DNA of 64,000 bases from a virus, in IMG/VR virus record IMGVR_UViG_3300045988_062804; one strand, given 5' to 3'. Under the pieces are notes generated by a model. That model saw nothing but the letters and a program-made list of their open reading frames with translations. It made no database searches and was not told the DNA's origin. The position numbers were made by a program, and so were the translations under genes. Positions 1 to 8,322 of the stretch are shown here, piece after piece; within the stretch, counting starts at the first letter, position 1, and each line of letters begins with the position of its first letter.

Positions 1-670
1 CGTTTAATAGTGTACATAAAAGCGTGGATACTCAGAGCACCAAGTATGGTTGTAGGTCTCAAAAGTCTAAAGTTTATATAATGACTTTAAATCGTGAGCT
101 TAACACCAGGTCATGTTTGAACATTAAGCTTTAAACATTTAGTCAGCTTATCTGACATTTTAAAAAACTCAATATAAAAGATATTGACTAATGTGTGTAA
201 CTAGTTGTCTTTAACCGCACGCCGAAGTGTTTCTACCGTAGTAGCAACAATCTCTACTAATGATGTAGATTATAGACAATGAACCACACTAGCTCTAAGA
301 GTATTAGTTTCAGTATTTCCAAGACGTTGAGGACGCCAGTTTCTTATCTTTCTGTATATCTAATTATGTACCCGAACTACTGCTGATCCGGTTTTAGTGA
401 ATATCAGAGTAATACTAATGAATCAGTACTGATTACGCTAATGTAATTTCATGGCTTATTAAGCTTACTAATTATTTATAGCCAAATGATAAGTTTTAGG
501 TGTAAAATGCAATCTTCTGCATAATTATTCATTTTAGATGGATATAATTCCATACCCCCCCCGTGAAGGGGTCGGCATCATGACTAAGCCTTTACGTGGC
601 GATGCTATAAGTAACCTATTAATAGGTGAAACTAATTGGTCATATTGTTTAATTTAATAACTAATCGACA

Positions 671-964
671 ATGAAAATTGAAAAGAACAAATTAGTGAAT
701 CGTGCTCAAGTGTTGAACCAAGACATTCAGTTAGGTATTATTGCCTATTCTGTAGCTGAAATGGCATCTATAATCGAACAGACAGATGCTAAGCTCCACA
801 AGGGTGAAATCACCGAAGAGCAGCACAAAACTATAGTTGATGATTGTACTGAATACATCAAGTCAGCTAAAGAGATGTGTGACGAATCCAAAATGGATTG
901 GAGTGTATGTATCTTGTTATCACGTACTAATCTTGATAAGTATGTGGAAAGCAAGATTGACTAA
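671..964 (+). CDS. hypothetical protein (97 aa)
   Basis: First ATG ORF after a ~670-nt ORF-free stretch; no motif recognised. Confidence 0.5.
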   Translation: MKIEKNKLVNRAQVLNQDIQLGIIAYSVAEMASIIEQTDAKLHKGEITEEQHKTIVDDCTEYIKSAKEMCDESKMDWSVCILLSRTNLDKYVESKID

Positions 965-980
965 GGCATTGTTCCTACTA

Positions 981-1094
981 ATGGTAGGATACTTAGGCTG
1001 GCAATGTACTAGAGCATCCTTATGGATTCCTCTGGTATTATGTGTGTTATTAGGCATTTTTATTATTCAACTTAAAAATAAGGATTTAGCATGA
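981..1094 (+). CDS. small hydrophobic protein (37 aa, one TM helix)
   Basis: ATG at 981, MVGYLGWQCTRASLWIPLVLCVLLGIFIIQL; stop overlaps next start (ATGA at 1091). Preferred over the 837..1094 ORF, which overlaps 671..964. Confidence 0.35.
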   Translation: MVGYLGWQCTRASLWIPLVLCVLLGIFIIQLKNKDLA

Positions 1095-1531
1095 AAAAGA
1101 TTGACGCAATTTTGAATGGAACTAAAGAACAGTACCCATCATTAATAAGCAAGTTATCTAATATTCTCGAACCGTTTGCCCTGCTTGCAGTAGGCAAAGC
1201 ACCCGTTTACGTTGGACGTGTAGTTGAAGAACTCGGAGTAAAGCAATGCAAGGACTGCGGAGCTTTCATATTTAACATTGATGGCAATGATGTTGCCCAT
1301 GTTGATGTTAAAAGAATGGAAGCATCAGTATTCGGTGGTGAGACATTCTCAATCTCTACAGAAGATGCCGAGTCGGTAACTAATGTACTGGCTGCATTTG
1401 AGAACCATAAAGAAGAGGATGATGAGAATCCTGTTAAGGAAATTCTTGAGAATATGCCTAAGGAACTCAAATCTCTTCTTGGAGCAGCTATCATGGTATC
1501 TAAACTCCGTAGAAAGGGAGAAGACAACTAA
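1091..1531 (+). CDS. hypothetical protein (146 aa)
   Basis: ORF in the co-directional array, ATGA-coupled to the upstream ORF; no motif recognised. Confidence 0.55.
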   Translation: MKKIDAILNGTKEQYPSLISKLSNILEPFALLAVGKAPVYVGRVVEELGVKQCKDCGAFIFNIDGNDVAHVDVKRMEASVFGGETFSISTEDAESVTNVLAAFENHKEEDDENPVKEILENMPKELKSLLGAAIMVSKLRRKGEDN

Positions 1532-1614
1532 AGAAGGTTTTTGAAGACAAATATCAAGGGGTTAGTCCACTGTGAAGTGAGCTAGCTCCGCCAACTTTTA
1601 AAGCTAATAATGAA

Positions 1615-1815
1615 ATGGATATACTGAAGCAATTAGAAGAAGGCAAACCTTTCTCTGGTAGAAATGGTGCTTTTACTGGAAGAGTTGAACCGCAATCAAT
1701 AAGTGGAGATACTCTGAATGTCATATGTGATAAGGATGGCACAAGATGGCATGAGAATTGGGAATTACAGCATGTTATTTGGGCATTTGAATGTGGAGAT
1801 TATTACTTCTTATGA
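1615..1815 (+). CDS. hypothetical protein (66 aa)
   Basis: Short ORF; stop overlaps the next start (ATGA at 1812). Confidence 0.4.
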   Translation: MDILKQLEEGKPFSGRNGAFTGRVEPQSISGDTLNVICDKDGTRWHENWELQHVIWAFECGDYYFL

Positions 1816-2213
1816 TTAAGTGTGATATATCTAAATGCCATGCGAGTTGTTGTTATAACGCTCCATTGCCTAAGAAATACATATTTGCATTAAAGAATAG
1901 GATTGTTACTCCAGTTAAGGAGATTCTCGTTATTGATGATGAGAATATGAAAGGTGAGGTAATGTGTTATCCAATCACAGACCATAACCCTGATAAGAAC
2001 AAATGTCCATTCTTAACTGAGAATTGTAGATGTAATATTTATGATAGAAGACCACCAATATGTAAGAAGTTTGGTAATGGTACAGAACCATTATTAACTT
2101 GCTCATTCTTAGTTCCAGAAGAACAAAGAGAGTCTGTATTGGCTGGTTATAAGTCTGCTATTAATAACCTAACATCTCCAACTGCTTGGGAACTTGCTAA
2201 AAAGTATAAGTAA
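1812..2213 (+). CDS. YkgJ-type cysteine-cluster protein (putative Zn/Fe-binding CxxCxxCC family)
   Basis: KCHASCCYNAPLP ... CPFLTENCRCNIYDRRPPICKKF, the pattern of the UPF0153/YkgJ family. Start moved to the ATG at 1812 (ATGA overlap). Confidence 0.55.
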   Translation: MIKCDISKCHASCCYNAPLPKKYIFALKNRIVTPVKEILVIDDENMKGEVMCYPITDHNPDKNKCPFLTENCRCNIYDRRPPICKKFGNGTEPLLTCSFLVPEEQRESVLAGYKSAINNLTSPTAWELAKKYK

Positions 2214-2214
2214 T

Positions 2215-2574
2215 ATGCCAAAGGATTATGCGCTAAGAAAGTTACATTCTAAGGAGAAGATTATCTTCTGTGGATGTGATGCTATAAGTGGTTTATTAAT
2301 GCATTACCTACTTGATGAATTGTTTGGCAGAGGTGAGTATAAGATACTTCATCACTATGATTTACGATTACAACAAGAATGGGAATGGACTATTGATGAG
2401 CCAATACCTGACAAAGATATTATTAAGGAATGGTTCTTCTGTGAACCTGAGAGAATAATAACTACTTGTTGGGATTACGAGAGAACTCTCAAAGCTGTAG
2501 AAGATGCGCAGATTACAAATGTGCGTATCTATGAGTTTTGTAAGTATAAACACATAACTGATTTACCATTCTAA
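2215..2574 (+). CDS. hypothetical protein (119 aa)
   Basis: ATG at 2215 directly after the upstream stop; no motif recognised. Confidence 0.5.
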   Translation: MPKDYALRKLHSKEKIIFCGCDAISGLLMHYLLDELFGRGEYKILHHYDLRLQQEWEWTIDEPIPDKDIIKEWFFCEPERIITTCWDYERTLKAVEDAQITNVRIYEFCKYKHITDLPF

Positions 2575-2614
2575 TGGTGAATACTCATAGTGCAGGAGTA
2601 CAACTGCACTAACT

Positions 2615-3114
2615 GGGCTTGTATGGTTTTGACAGGCGATTACGAGTTAGTAAGACGTGTAGAGTTGGCACCAACTCTTTAATAATGATGCACAATTTTA
2701 AGTGGAAACACTGAAGTAAGAATGGCAGCCTAAGCTGCTGGCTTATCAGTATTTATATTGATTAAGTCGGGTTAATTGGAGAGACCTAGAAACAGAAGAG
2801 GATTGACAAACGTCATTAACCGAACGCTCTAAGAGTTAGTAAGCCGAAATCTCCACTACCTAGCTATGGGTTACAAATAGACGTTCTCCAACGTAAATGG
2901 AGTGGTGGAGCGACCGTTCGGTCAAGCCCAGTTTGGTAGTTTGTGAACAACTAAGTCGTAGCCTTACGAGGAGACGTAATTGGTGAATTAACACTCAGCT
3001 TCTTAGTAAAACTATCTACATGCTGAACTCAACAGCTGATGTAATAAAATAGAGACACACGTAATCTTATTAATGAGAGTTGTTTGGACGGCAGTTCGAT
3101 TCTGCCCAAGTCCA
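2615..3114 (+). ncRNA. ssrA: tmRNA (transfer-messenger RNA), ~500 nt
   Basis: The 5' end GGGCTTG-TATGGTTTTGACAGG resembles GGGGCUG-AUUCUGGAUUCGACGGG. The 3' end is GGACG-GCAG-TTCGATT-CTGCC-CAAGTCC-A. The acceptor GGGCTTG/CAAGTCC carries the G3:U70 alanine identity pair. Candidate tag ORF at 2704-2733: GGA AAC ACT GAA GTA AGA ATG GCA GCC TAA = GNTEVRMAA*. CCA is not encoded. Confidence 0.8.
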
Positions 3115-3141
3115 CATTGTATAACTAATCGACAAAGAATT

Positions 3142-3936
3142 ATGGAAAATTTTGATTTTGCAGAACAAATTAAAAATGTTGCTACAGAGAGTGTTTATGT
3201 ACTCACTGAGAAGAACAAGGAAGTAGTCAAAGCTTTACGATTGCTGCCTGGCAACAGACCTACAAAAGTTAAGAAAGTAGAATCCTTAGTGGAAGCATAC
3301 AAACGAGGTGTATACATTCCTCCAATATTAGTAGCTTTACCTTACAGATTTGTAACTGAAGGTAATCATAGATTGGCTGCAGCTTTGGAGTGTATTGAAA
3401 GAGGTATTCCATTTACTCTTAGAGTATATATGTATAGGGATGATGATTCATTAGGAACAGCTCGCCTAATCAATAATACTCAAGATAGATGGAAGGCTAA
3501 TGATAGATTAGACTCATATGTCTATGAGAGAAAAGAAGCATATGTTCGTCTTAAAGAGTTTATGGATTTGTATCCTTCAATCTTTAGGTTAGCTAACACA
3601 TACTCAATCCAGGCTGCTTTGTGTGTACTGGCACTTGGGAGAACTAGACAATCTATGCGAAATGCTTTCAACTCTGGTAAGTTAGTAATAACAGAAGAAG
3701 CTATCTCTCATGGTAAAGAATTGATGGAAGAACTTATACTGATTTCAGAGATATTGGATACCACTTCAGTATTTGTGAGAGACCATTCAACTGCGTGGGA
3801 CAAAGCTAGAAACAGGTTAGGTATATCATTTAACCAGTTTATAGTACGGCTTCGTAAGAAGGCTGACTCATGGGAAGAACCTAAGGATAGTGTTGAAGCA
3901 TGGTTTACTATGTACCTTAAAATTGCTGGAATATGA
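3142..3936 (+). CDS. ParB-like nuclease/partition N-terminal domain protein
   Basis: VTEGNHRLAAALEC matches the ParB/Srx GxHR box. Start moved from 3073 to the ATG at 3142, because 3073-3114 lies inside the tmRNA. Confidence 0.6.
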   Translation: MENFDFAEQIKNVATESVYVLTEKNKEVVKALRLLPGNRPTKVKKVESLVEAYKRGVYIPPILVALPYRFVTEGNHRLAAALECIERGIPFTLRVYMYRDDDSLGTARLINNTQDRWKANDRLDSYVYERKEAYVRLKEFMDLYPSIFRLANTYSIQAALCVLALGRTRQSMRNAFNSGKLVITEEAISHGKELMEELILISEILDTTSVFVRDHSTAWDKARNRLGISFNQFIVRLRKKADSWEEPKDSVEAWFTMYLKIAGI

Positions 3937-4181
3937 AAAAAGTATATATTCAAATCATAGACCCTCTTAATGGCACGTGTATAAATGCGTGCCATGAGTA
4001 TCCCAGTGAGTATAATCAAGCTGTGGAAGCTACTCTTAGGTATTATAAGCTCTCTGCCAATGAAGATTATGAGGCTATGAGTGGTACTGGACGTGAACTG
4101 CCTGGAATGCCTGAATATCTACTCATACATGGGTTAGAGAAAGGTACTTCCAAGTTGGTAAATATAACTGTTGTAGGGTAA
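3933..4181 (+). CDS. hypothetical protein (82 aa)
   Basis: ATGA-coupled ORF; no motif recognised. Confidence 0.5.
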   Translation: MKKVYIQIIDPLNGTCINACHEYPSEYNQAVEATLRYYKLSANEDYEAMSGTGRELPGMPEYLLIHGLEKGTSKLVNITVVG

Positions 4182-4594
4182 TTCCTACTGCGAAACACGA
4201 AACTGACCTGATGAGTTAGACTACATAGTGCGCACTATGTAGTGACTTAAACGTGTATAAATAAAAGTTGAAACCTAGTTCATACGAATAAGAAGTGTTC
4301 GCCCACCTTCAAAGTGGGAGGATGAGGTGCAACTCCTCAATGTAATATGTAAGGAGAAAACCCTTACGTCTCTTGTTTAATTCATCTAAATGTGTAACAA
4401 TATTTTGATTAATGGTCAAGCAATACGAGAGTAGGTCGTCAGTTCCATTTCATTATTGACCTTTCACTCAGCTACAAAATCTTTCATTGCCAAGTAGCTG
4501 AGTGATTGTTTTATGAGAATGTTAAAGGATAGATTATGTAGGTGAGACACGCTATATAATTATCTCAATTAATTTATAAATTAAGAGATAAACA

Positions 4595-6397
4595 ATGGAA
4601 TTTAGTAAGAAGAAGAAAAGTCTGTACAAGACTGTATCTCCAACACAAGAGAACAACTTTGTAAAGGAGGGATTGAAGCTGTCAGCCGAGACTGTGAGTG
4701 GAAATGGTGCTAAGAAGTATAGCACTAGTAATGATGCATTTGTGGATAACTTTGCAATGATTGCAAACTTTAAGGCACCTCGTGATTATGCTGAGGTATC
4801 TAAAGATATGTATAAGTTGTGGAGTATTAATCCTAAGAAGTGTCTGCAACTTGCAGTGTATATTAGGTTGATTACTCGTGAGACTCAAATTGTTCTTCCT
4901 GATGAAACTATCACACTGGATGTTCAAAGGGGACAAGGCTTAAAGAATGAAGGTATTATGCGTATGCTATGGTTAGCAATGCATCACAAACCTACATTCA
5001 TGGCTAATATGCCTTACTTCATCGCTGCTGGTAGCTGGAAGGATGTATTTGAAATGATGAGCCTTGATTTACAATATCATGGCTGGGAAGGAAGAAAGTT
5101 GGATTGGAATTTCATGCGTAAGATTATCTTGGCTGGATTAGCTAATGGTCATACAAGTGAATTGGTAAAGAAATACCTTCCGACTATTCGTTCAATGAAA
5201 GAATGTAAAACTGTTGAATCACAAGCTCGTACAATTATCGGTCAGTATCTGGCTTCTTGCATTTATGGTAAGAAGAAGGATAAGGAATCCGATAAAGAGA
5301 CTGCGGATAGCCGTGCTGCACAACGTAGATACAGGAAACTCAAACAGAGTGGAACTGCTCATACTTGGCAGCAATTAATAAGTCAGAAGAAGTTACTCGA
5401 ACTGGACTTCAATACCATTCATGGACGCGCTTTAAGCCTATTAGTAGGCTCTAAGTTCTTGAAAAATCAGGGATTGGTAGAGAAGTATTCCAAGTGGATA
5501 AGTGGTCGCAAAGTGGCTAAATACACTGGATTCGTGTTCGAGTTGTTCCAACCACTTGGTGATAGCTATCGAACCAATAGGCTTGAAGAGTATAGAGAAC
5601 AGACTATCAATGCCCAGTTTAATGGATTAGTTGAGACTGGAAGACAGAATCTCAACCAAAACAGCAAACTATTGGTAGTTAGAGATATATCTGGTTCTAT
5701 GACCTCTAAGGCAGTTGGAACTAATATGTCTTCTTATGCTGTTGGTAAGGCAATGGCATTGTATTTCTCTGCTCTGTTGGATGGTCCATTTAAGGATGCT
5801 TATGCTACATTTAGTAGTACTTGTAAGTTCTGTAAATGGCAAGGTAAGACTCCTATTGAGAAGTGGACTAATGATACTGATGGAAACTTTGGTAATACCA
5901 ATTTATTATCAGTAGCAGATATGTTTGTCAAGCTGAGGGGTACAATGAAGATTTCTGAGAATGAGTTCCCAACAGGAGCATTATTGATTAGTGATGGTGA
6001 GTTCGACTCTGCTCGTAGCTGGAGTGGTAGTGGAGCAAATGTTACTAACTTTGAGGCATTCAGGAAGAAACTACTCAATGGTGGGTTCAGTAAAGAGTAT
6101 GTAGATAACTTTAAGTTAATCCTTTGGGATTTGCCTAATGGTTATTATGGTGGAGGTCTTCGTCCTAAGTTTGAAGACTTTGCAGATGCTCCGAACAATT
6201 TCTACATTAGTGGTTATGACCCTGCTGCTGTAGCATTCATCTTGGGAACTAAACCATTTAAGGCTACACCTAAGAACGCAACAGAGTTGTTCAATGCAGC
6301 TATGGACCAGGAACTATTGAATAGACTGGTTATCTCTGAACGAAAGGTATTCAACAAGTCTAAGAAGAATATAAACTCTAAAAGTAATAAGAAATAA
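4595..6397 (+). CDS. vWA/MIDAS protein with large N-terminal helical domain (DUF2828-like; possibly Ro60/TROVE-like)
   Basis: MIDAS motif LLVVRDISGSMTS at about aa 360, preceded by ~350 aa of helical sequence. This is the same domain order as Ro60/Rsr. The family name is recalled from memory, not searched. Confidence 0.6.
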   Translation: MEFSKKKKSLYKTVSPTQENNFVKEGLKLSAETVSGNGAKKYSTSNDAFVDNFAMIANFKAPRDYAEVSKDMYKLWSINPKKCLQLAVYIRLITRETQIVLPDETITLDVQRGQGLKNEGIMRMLWLAMHHKPTFMANMPYFIAAGSWKDVFEMMSLDLQYHGWEGRKLDWNFMRKIILAGLANGHTSELVKKYLPTIRSMKECKTVESQARTIIGQYLASCIYGKKKDKESDKETADSRAAQRRYRKLKQSGTAHTWQQLISQKKLLELDFNTIHGRALSLLVGSKFLKNQGLVEKYSKWISGRKVAKYTGFVFELFQPLGDSYRTNRLEEYREQTINAQFNGLVETGRQNLNQNSKLLVVRDISGSMTSKAVGTNMSSYAVGKAMALYFSALLDGPFKDAYATFSSTCKFCKWQGKTPIEKWTNDTDGNFGNTNLLSVADMFVKLRGTMKISENEFPTGALLISDGEFDSARSWSGSGANVTNFEAFRKKLLNGGFSKEYVDNFKLILWDLPNGYYGGGLRPKFEDFADAPNNFYISGYDPAAVAFILGTKPFKATPKNATELFNAAMDQELLNRLVISERKVFNKSKKNINSKSNKK

Positions 6398-6399
6398 GT

Positions 6400-7191
6400 A
6401 TGATTAAGCTTAACACTTTACTTGCTAAAGCAGACCACGGAACATCAATGTTCAATAGAATGATTGGTGATTATTCTGCTTTCTTTAAGAATAAGCAAGG
6501 TATGTTTGAGGGCATCAAGAAGACCTTCAAACCGAGAGATGGTTACGCAGAGGATGCTCGTTATATGGGCACTACTAAAGTAGCTACAACCGTGGAAGAG
6601 AAGCTCGAATGGTTCGAGAACAATGCAACTCCTTATTTGAAAGACGTATTCTCTATTGAAGCAACTAACTCTGCTGGTGCACCGAGAGTTGAATTGATAG
6701 TAGATGGTATTTCATTTGGTAAGTTGACTGCTCTTGACCTTATGAGACTAAAGACCATTCTAACTGGTAAGCAGTTGGAAGATATGTATACCAACATCCC
6801 AGTGCGCTCTGATTCAGAGGTTTGGCTTGAAGGAACTGACGAAGAATATAAGGGACGTGACATCCATGAAACAGAAATGTTGAAAGGTATAACTCGTACT
6901 ACTGAATCTGAGGAAGTTATCCTTAAAGACCCGAATCTTGACCCAGCTAAGTTGCCTGCAAATTATAACGCTAAGGTTACTGTTAAGAAGAAGACAGTAG
7001 AGACTGGCGACTATACATTGCAGAAGTTTACTGGTGCATGGACACAGAGACAACGTGCTGAATTACTGCAAAGAAGAAGTAAGATTCTTGCAGCAGTGAT
7101 TGAGGCATTGAAGGTAGTTAACGATAACGAAGCACAGAGTCCGAATCTCAATGTGGAGAAACTCGTTACATTCTTACATCATGGTAAGTAA
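6400..7191 (+). CDS. hypothetical protein (263 aa)
   Basis: Starts 3 nt after the vWA gene stop; no motif recognised. Confidence 0.6.
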   Translation: MIKLNTLLAKADHGTSMFNRMIGDYSAFFKNKQGMFEGIKKTFKPRDGYAEDARYMGTTKVATTVEEKLEWFENNATPYLKDVFSIEATNSAGAPRVELIVDGISFGKLTALDLMRLKTILTGKQLEDMYTNIPVRSDSEVWLEGTDEEYKGRDIHETEMLKGITRTTESEEVILKDPNLDPAKLPANYNAKVTVKKKTVETGDYTLQKFTGAWTQRQRAELLQRRSKILAAVIEALKVVNDNEAQSPNLNVEKLVTFLHHGK

Positions 7192-7335
7192 AAAATAAAA
7201 TGTTGACTAAAGCTTTAGCTTCAGCCTCAGCGTTACTAAATCCTAGATATTTAGCATAAGCATTGAGTCAAGAGCTTTAGCTTTAGCCTTAACGTGAGAA
7301 ACCAGTAGCTGTAAAATGATAATTGATAATAATTA

Positions 7336-7545
7336 TTATTAAATCTGACCATTCACGGGTTCGAATCCCGTGCGCGCCTCTAACATAATCCTTTGTTTAC
7401 AAGGTGGGATAGAAGCATAAGAACCAACATATTAGATGAGCAGTATTGCAAGTAAGCAGCAATCAATATGACTCTTATGTGTATGATTCCCACCTTCTTT
7501 TAACATGGCGCGCTGGTGAAGTGGATTAACACGTCAGACTAATAA
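7336..7545 (+). ncRNA. permuted tRNA-like module U1
   Basis: 7344-7378: TCTGAC-cattc-ACGGG-TTCGAAT-CCCGT-GCGCGCC. A 128-nt insert follows, closed by AAGGTGGGA/TCCCACCTT. 7507-7545: GGCGCGC-TG-GTGAAGTGGATTAACAC-GTCAGA-CTAATAA. The anticodon-type stem GTCAGA/TCTGAC and the outer helix TTATTA/TAATAA both pair. Confidence 0.55.
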
Positions 7546-7618
7546 AACAGCATTAGCGTGAAACTACTGAACGTTATCTCACAACTAGGGACTATCATCG
7601 AGGAGTTTTGAGTTAGTC
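7537..7618 (+). ncRNA. possible ACAGCA-box element (weak member)
   Basis: GACTAA-taaa-ACAGCA ... TTAGTC; only a 6-bp closing helix. Confidence 0.25.
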
Positions 7619-7621
7619 CTT

Positions 7622-7696
7622 AGGGGGTTAGCTTAATGGTTAAAGCACAAGAACGTTTAATTCTTGGGAGTGGAGGTTCGATTCCTCCACCCTCTG
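7622..7696 (+). tRNA. tRNA-like with atypical anticodon arm (Lys-UUU-like)
   Basis: Acceptor AGGGGGT/ACCCTCT, D-arm GCTT/AAGC, T-arm GGAGG-TTCGATT-CCTCC. The anticodon arm is CAAGA-ACGTTTAAT-TCTTG, i.e. a 9-nt loop, or a 6-bp stem with loop CGTTTAA lacking U33. Confidence 0.5.
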
Positions 7697-7733
7697 CTTT
7701 TTGATAGGTTAATAATAATGAACTCATAATCAA

Positions 7734-7761
7734 AACTACTTGTCTGTGAAGATAGGTAGTT
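7734..7761 (+). repeat. conserved GNRA-capped hairpin (copy a)
   Basis: AACTACTT-GTCT-GTGA-AGAT-AGGTAGTT, a 12-bp stem with a GUGA tetraloop, 5 nt upstream of the tRNA-like gene at 7766. Confidence 0.6.
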
Positions 7762-7765
7762 ATAC

Positions 7766-7857
7766 AGAGGGATGCGCAAATGGTAAAGCGGCAATCGATG
7801 GATTGTAGTACAGTGTTCTAGGCGTGTACATTGAAGGTTCGATTCCTTTTCCCTCTA
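7766..7857 (+). tRNA. tRNA-like RNA (92 nt) lacking a 7-nt anticodon loop
   Basis: Acceptor AGAGGGA/TCCCTCT, D-arm CGC-AAATGGTAAA-GCG, T-arm GAAGG-TTCGATT-CCTTT. The anticodon position is CAATC-GATG-GATTG (a tetraloop), followed by an extra arm GTACA...TGTAC. Confidence 0.4.
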
Positions 7858-7888
7858 CAATTCTTTGTAATAAATTACATTTGTCAGC

Positions 7889-7916
7889 AGTTGTTGGTCT
7901 GTGAAGATAGACAACT
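7889..7916 (+). repeat. conserved GNRA-capped hairpin (copy b)
   Basis: AGTTGTT-g-GTCT-GTGA-AGAT-a-GACAACT. Confidence 0.55.
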
Positions 7917-7996
7917 ATAAGCAGAGCATTAAAATTTAAGCAACAAGATGGGATATCGTAATATATTTAATTGTTACAAAATTTAACATTATTCAC

Positions 7997-8027
7997 TTTG
8001 TAGAGTCTAAAGATTGCACTATCTTTG
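7997..8027 (+). promoter_or_regulatory. Bacteroidota-type promoter (-33 TTTG / -7 TAnnTTTG)
   Basis: TTTG at 7997-8000 and TATCTTTG at 8020-8027, about 60 nt upstream of tRNA-Tyr. Confidence 0.5.
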
Positions 8028-8086
8028 TACTCAGAAACGTTGAGAGAACGTGATTGTGTTTGTGTTTTATTTATCCCATTGTTGAG

Positions 8087-8170
8087 GGGAGTGCGCCACA
8101 GTTGGAGAGGTGGGGCGGACTGTAAATTCGCTGCCTTCGGGCTGAGTAGGTTCGAATCCTACCACTCCCA
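8087..8170 (+). tRNA. tRNA-Tyr(GTA)
   Basis: Acceptor GGGAGTG/CACTCCC, loop CTGTAAA, long variable arm TGCCTTCGGGCTGA, T-arm GTAGG-TTCGAAT-CCTAC. Confidence 0.85.
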
Positions 8171-8208
8171 CAACAATATCTGCTAAAGTCAAGTGCTTTG
8201 GTAAAGAG

Positions 8209-8234
8209 TATGCTCGTCTGTGAAGATGGGCATA
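8209..8234 (+). repeat. conserved GNRA-capped hairpin (copy c)
   Basis: TATGCTC-GTCT-GTGA-AGAT-GGGCATA, 10 nt upstream of tRNA-Gly. Confidence 0.6.
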
Positions 8235-8243
8235 TTTCGTCTT

Positions 8244-8315
8244 GCAGGATTAGTACAATGGTTAGTATGTCAGACTTCCAATCTGAATATGAGAGTTCGA
8301 TTCTCTTATCCTGCT
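8244..8315 (+). tRNA. tRNA-Gly(TCC)
   Basis: Acceptor GCAGGAT/ATCCTGC, stem TCAGA/TCTGA, loop CTTCCAA, T-arm GAGAG-TTCGATT-CTCTT. Confidence 0.85.
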
Positions 8316-8322
8316 CAAATTT

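Noticed and set aside
837-1094. 85-aa ORF overlapping 671..964.
   Set aside because: Only its 3' third is free of overlap, and that part is better explained by a 37-aa TM micro-ORF starting at 981.
3073-3141. N-terminal 23 codons of ORF 3073..3936.
   Set aside because: They overlap the tmRNA T-arm and acceptor end. An in-frame ATG at 3142 gives a normal ParB-like N-terminus.
4191-4250. Hammerhead ribozyme: CTGATGAG at 4208-4215 with two CGAAAC copies just upstream and a long hairpin after it.
   Set aside because: The GAAA element is not in the required position after stem II, and there is no room for stems I and III. An 8-mer like this is expected about twice by chance in this window.
7741-7761. 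The GTCTGTGAAGATAGG hairpin apex as a decayed copy of the 3' half of tRNA-Glu (TGTGA-AGAT-AGGGG).
   Set aside because: The resemblance covers only ~12 nt. The copies form complete covarying hairpins with a GNRA loop and have no T-loop, so an independent hairpin family is the better explanation.
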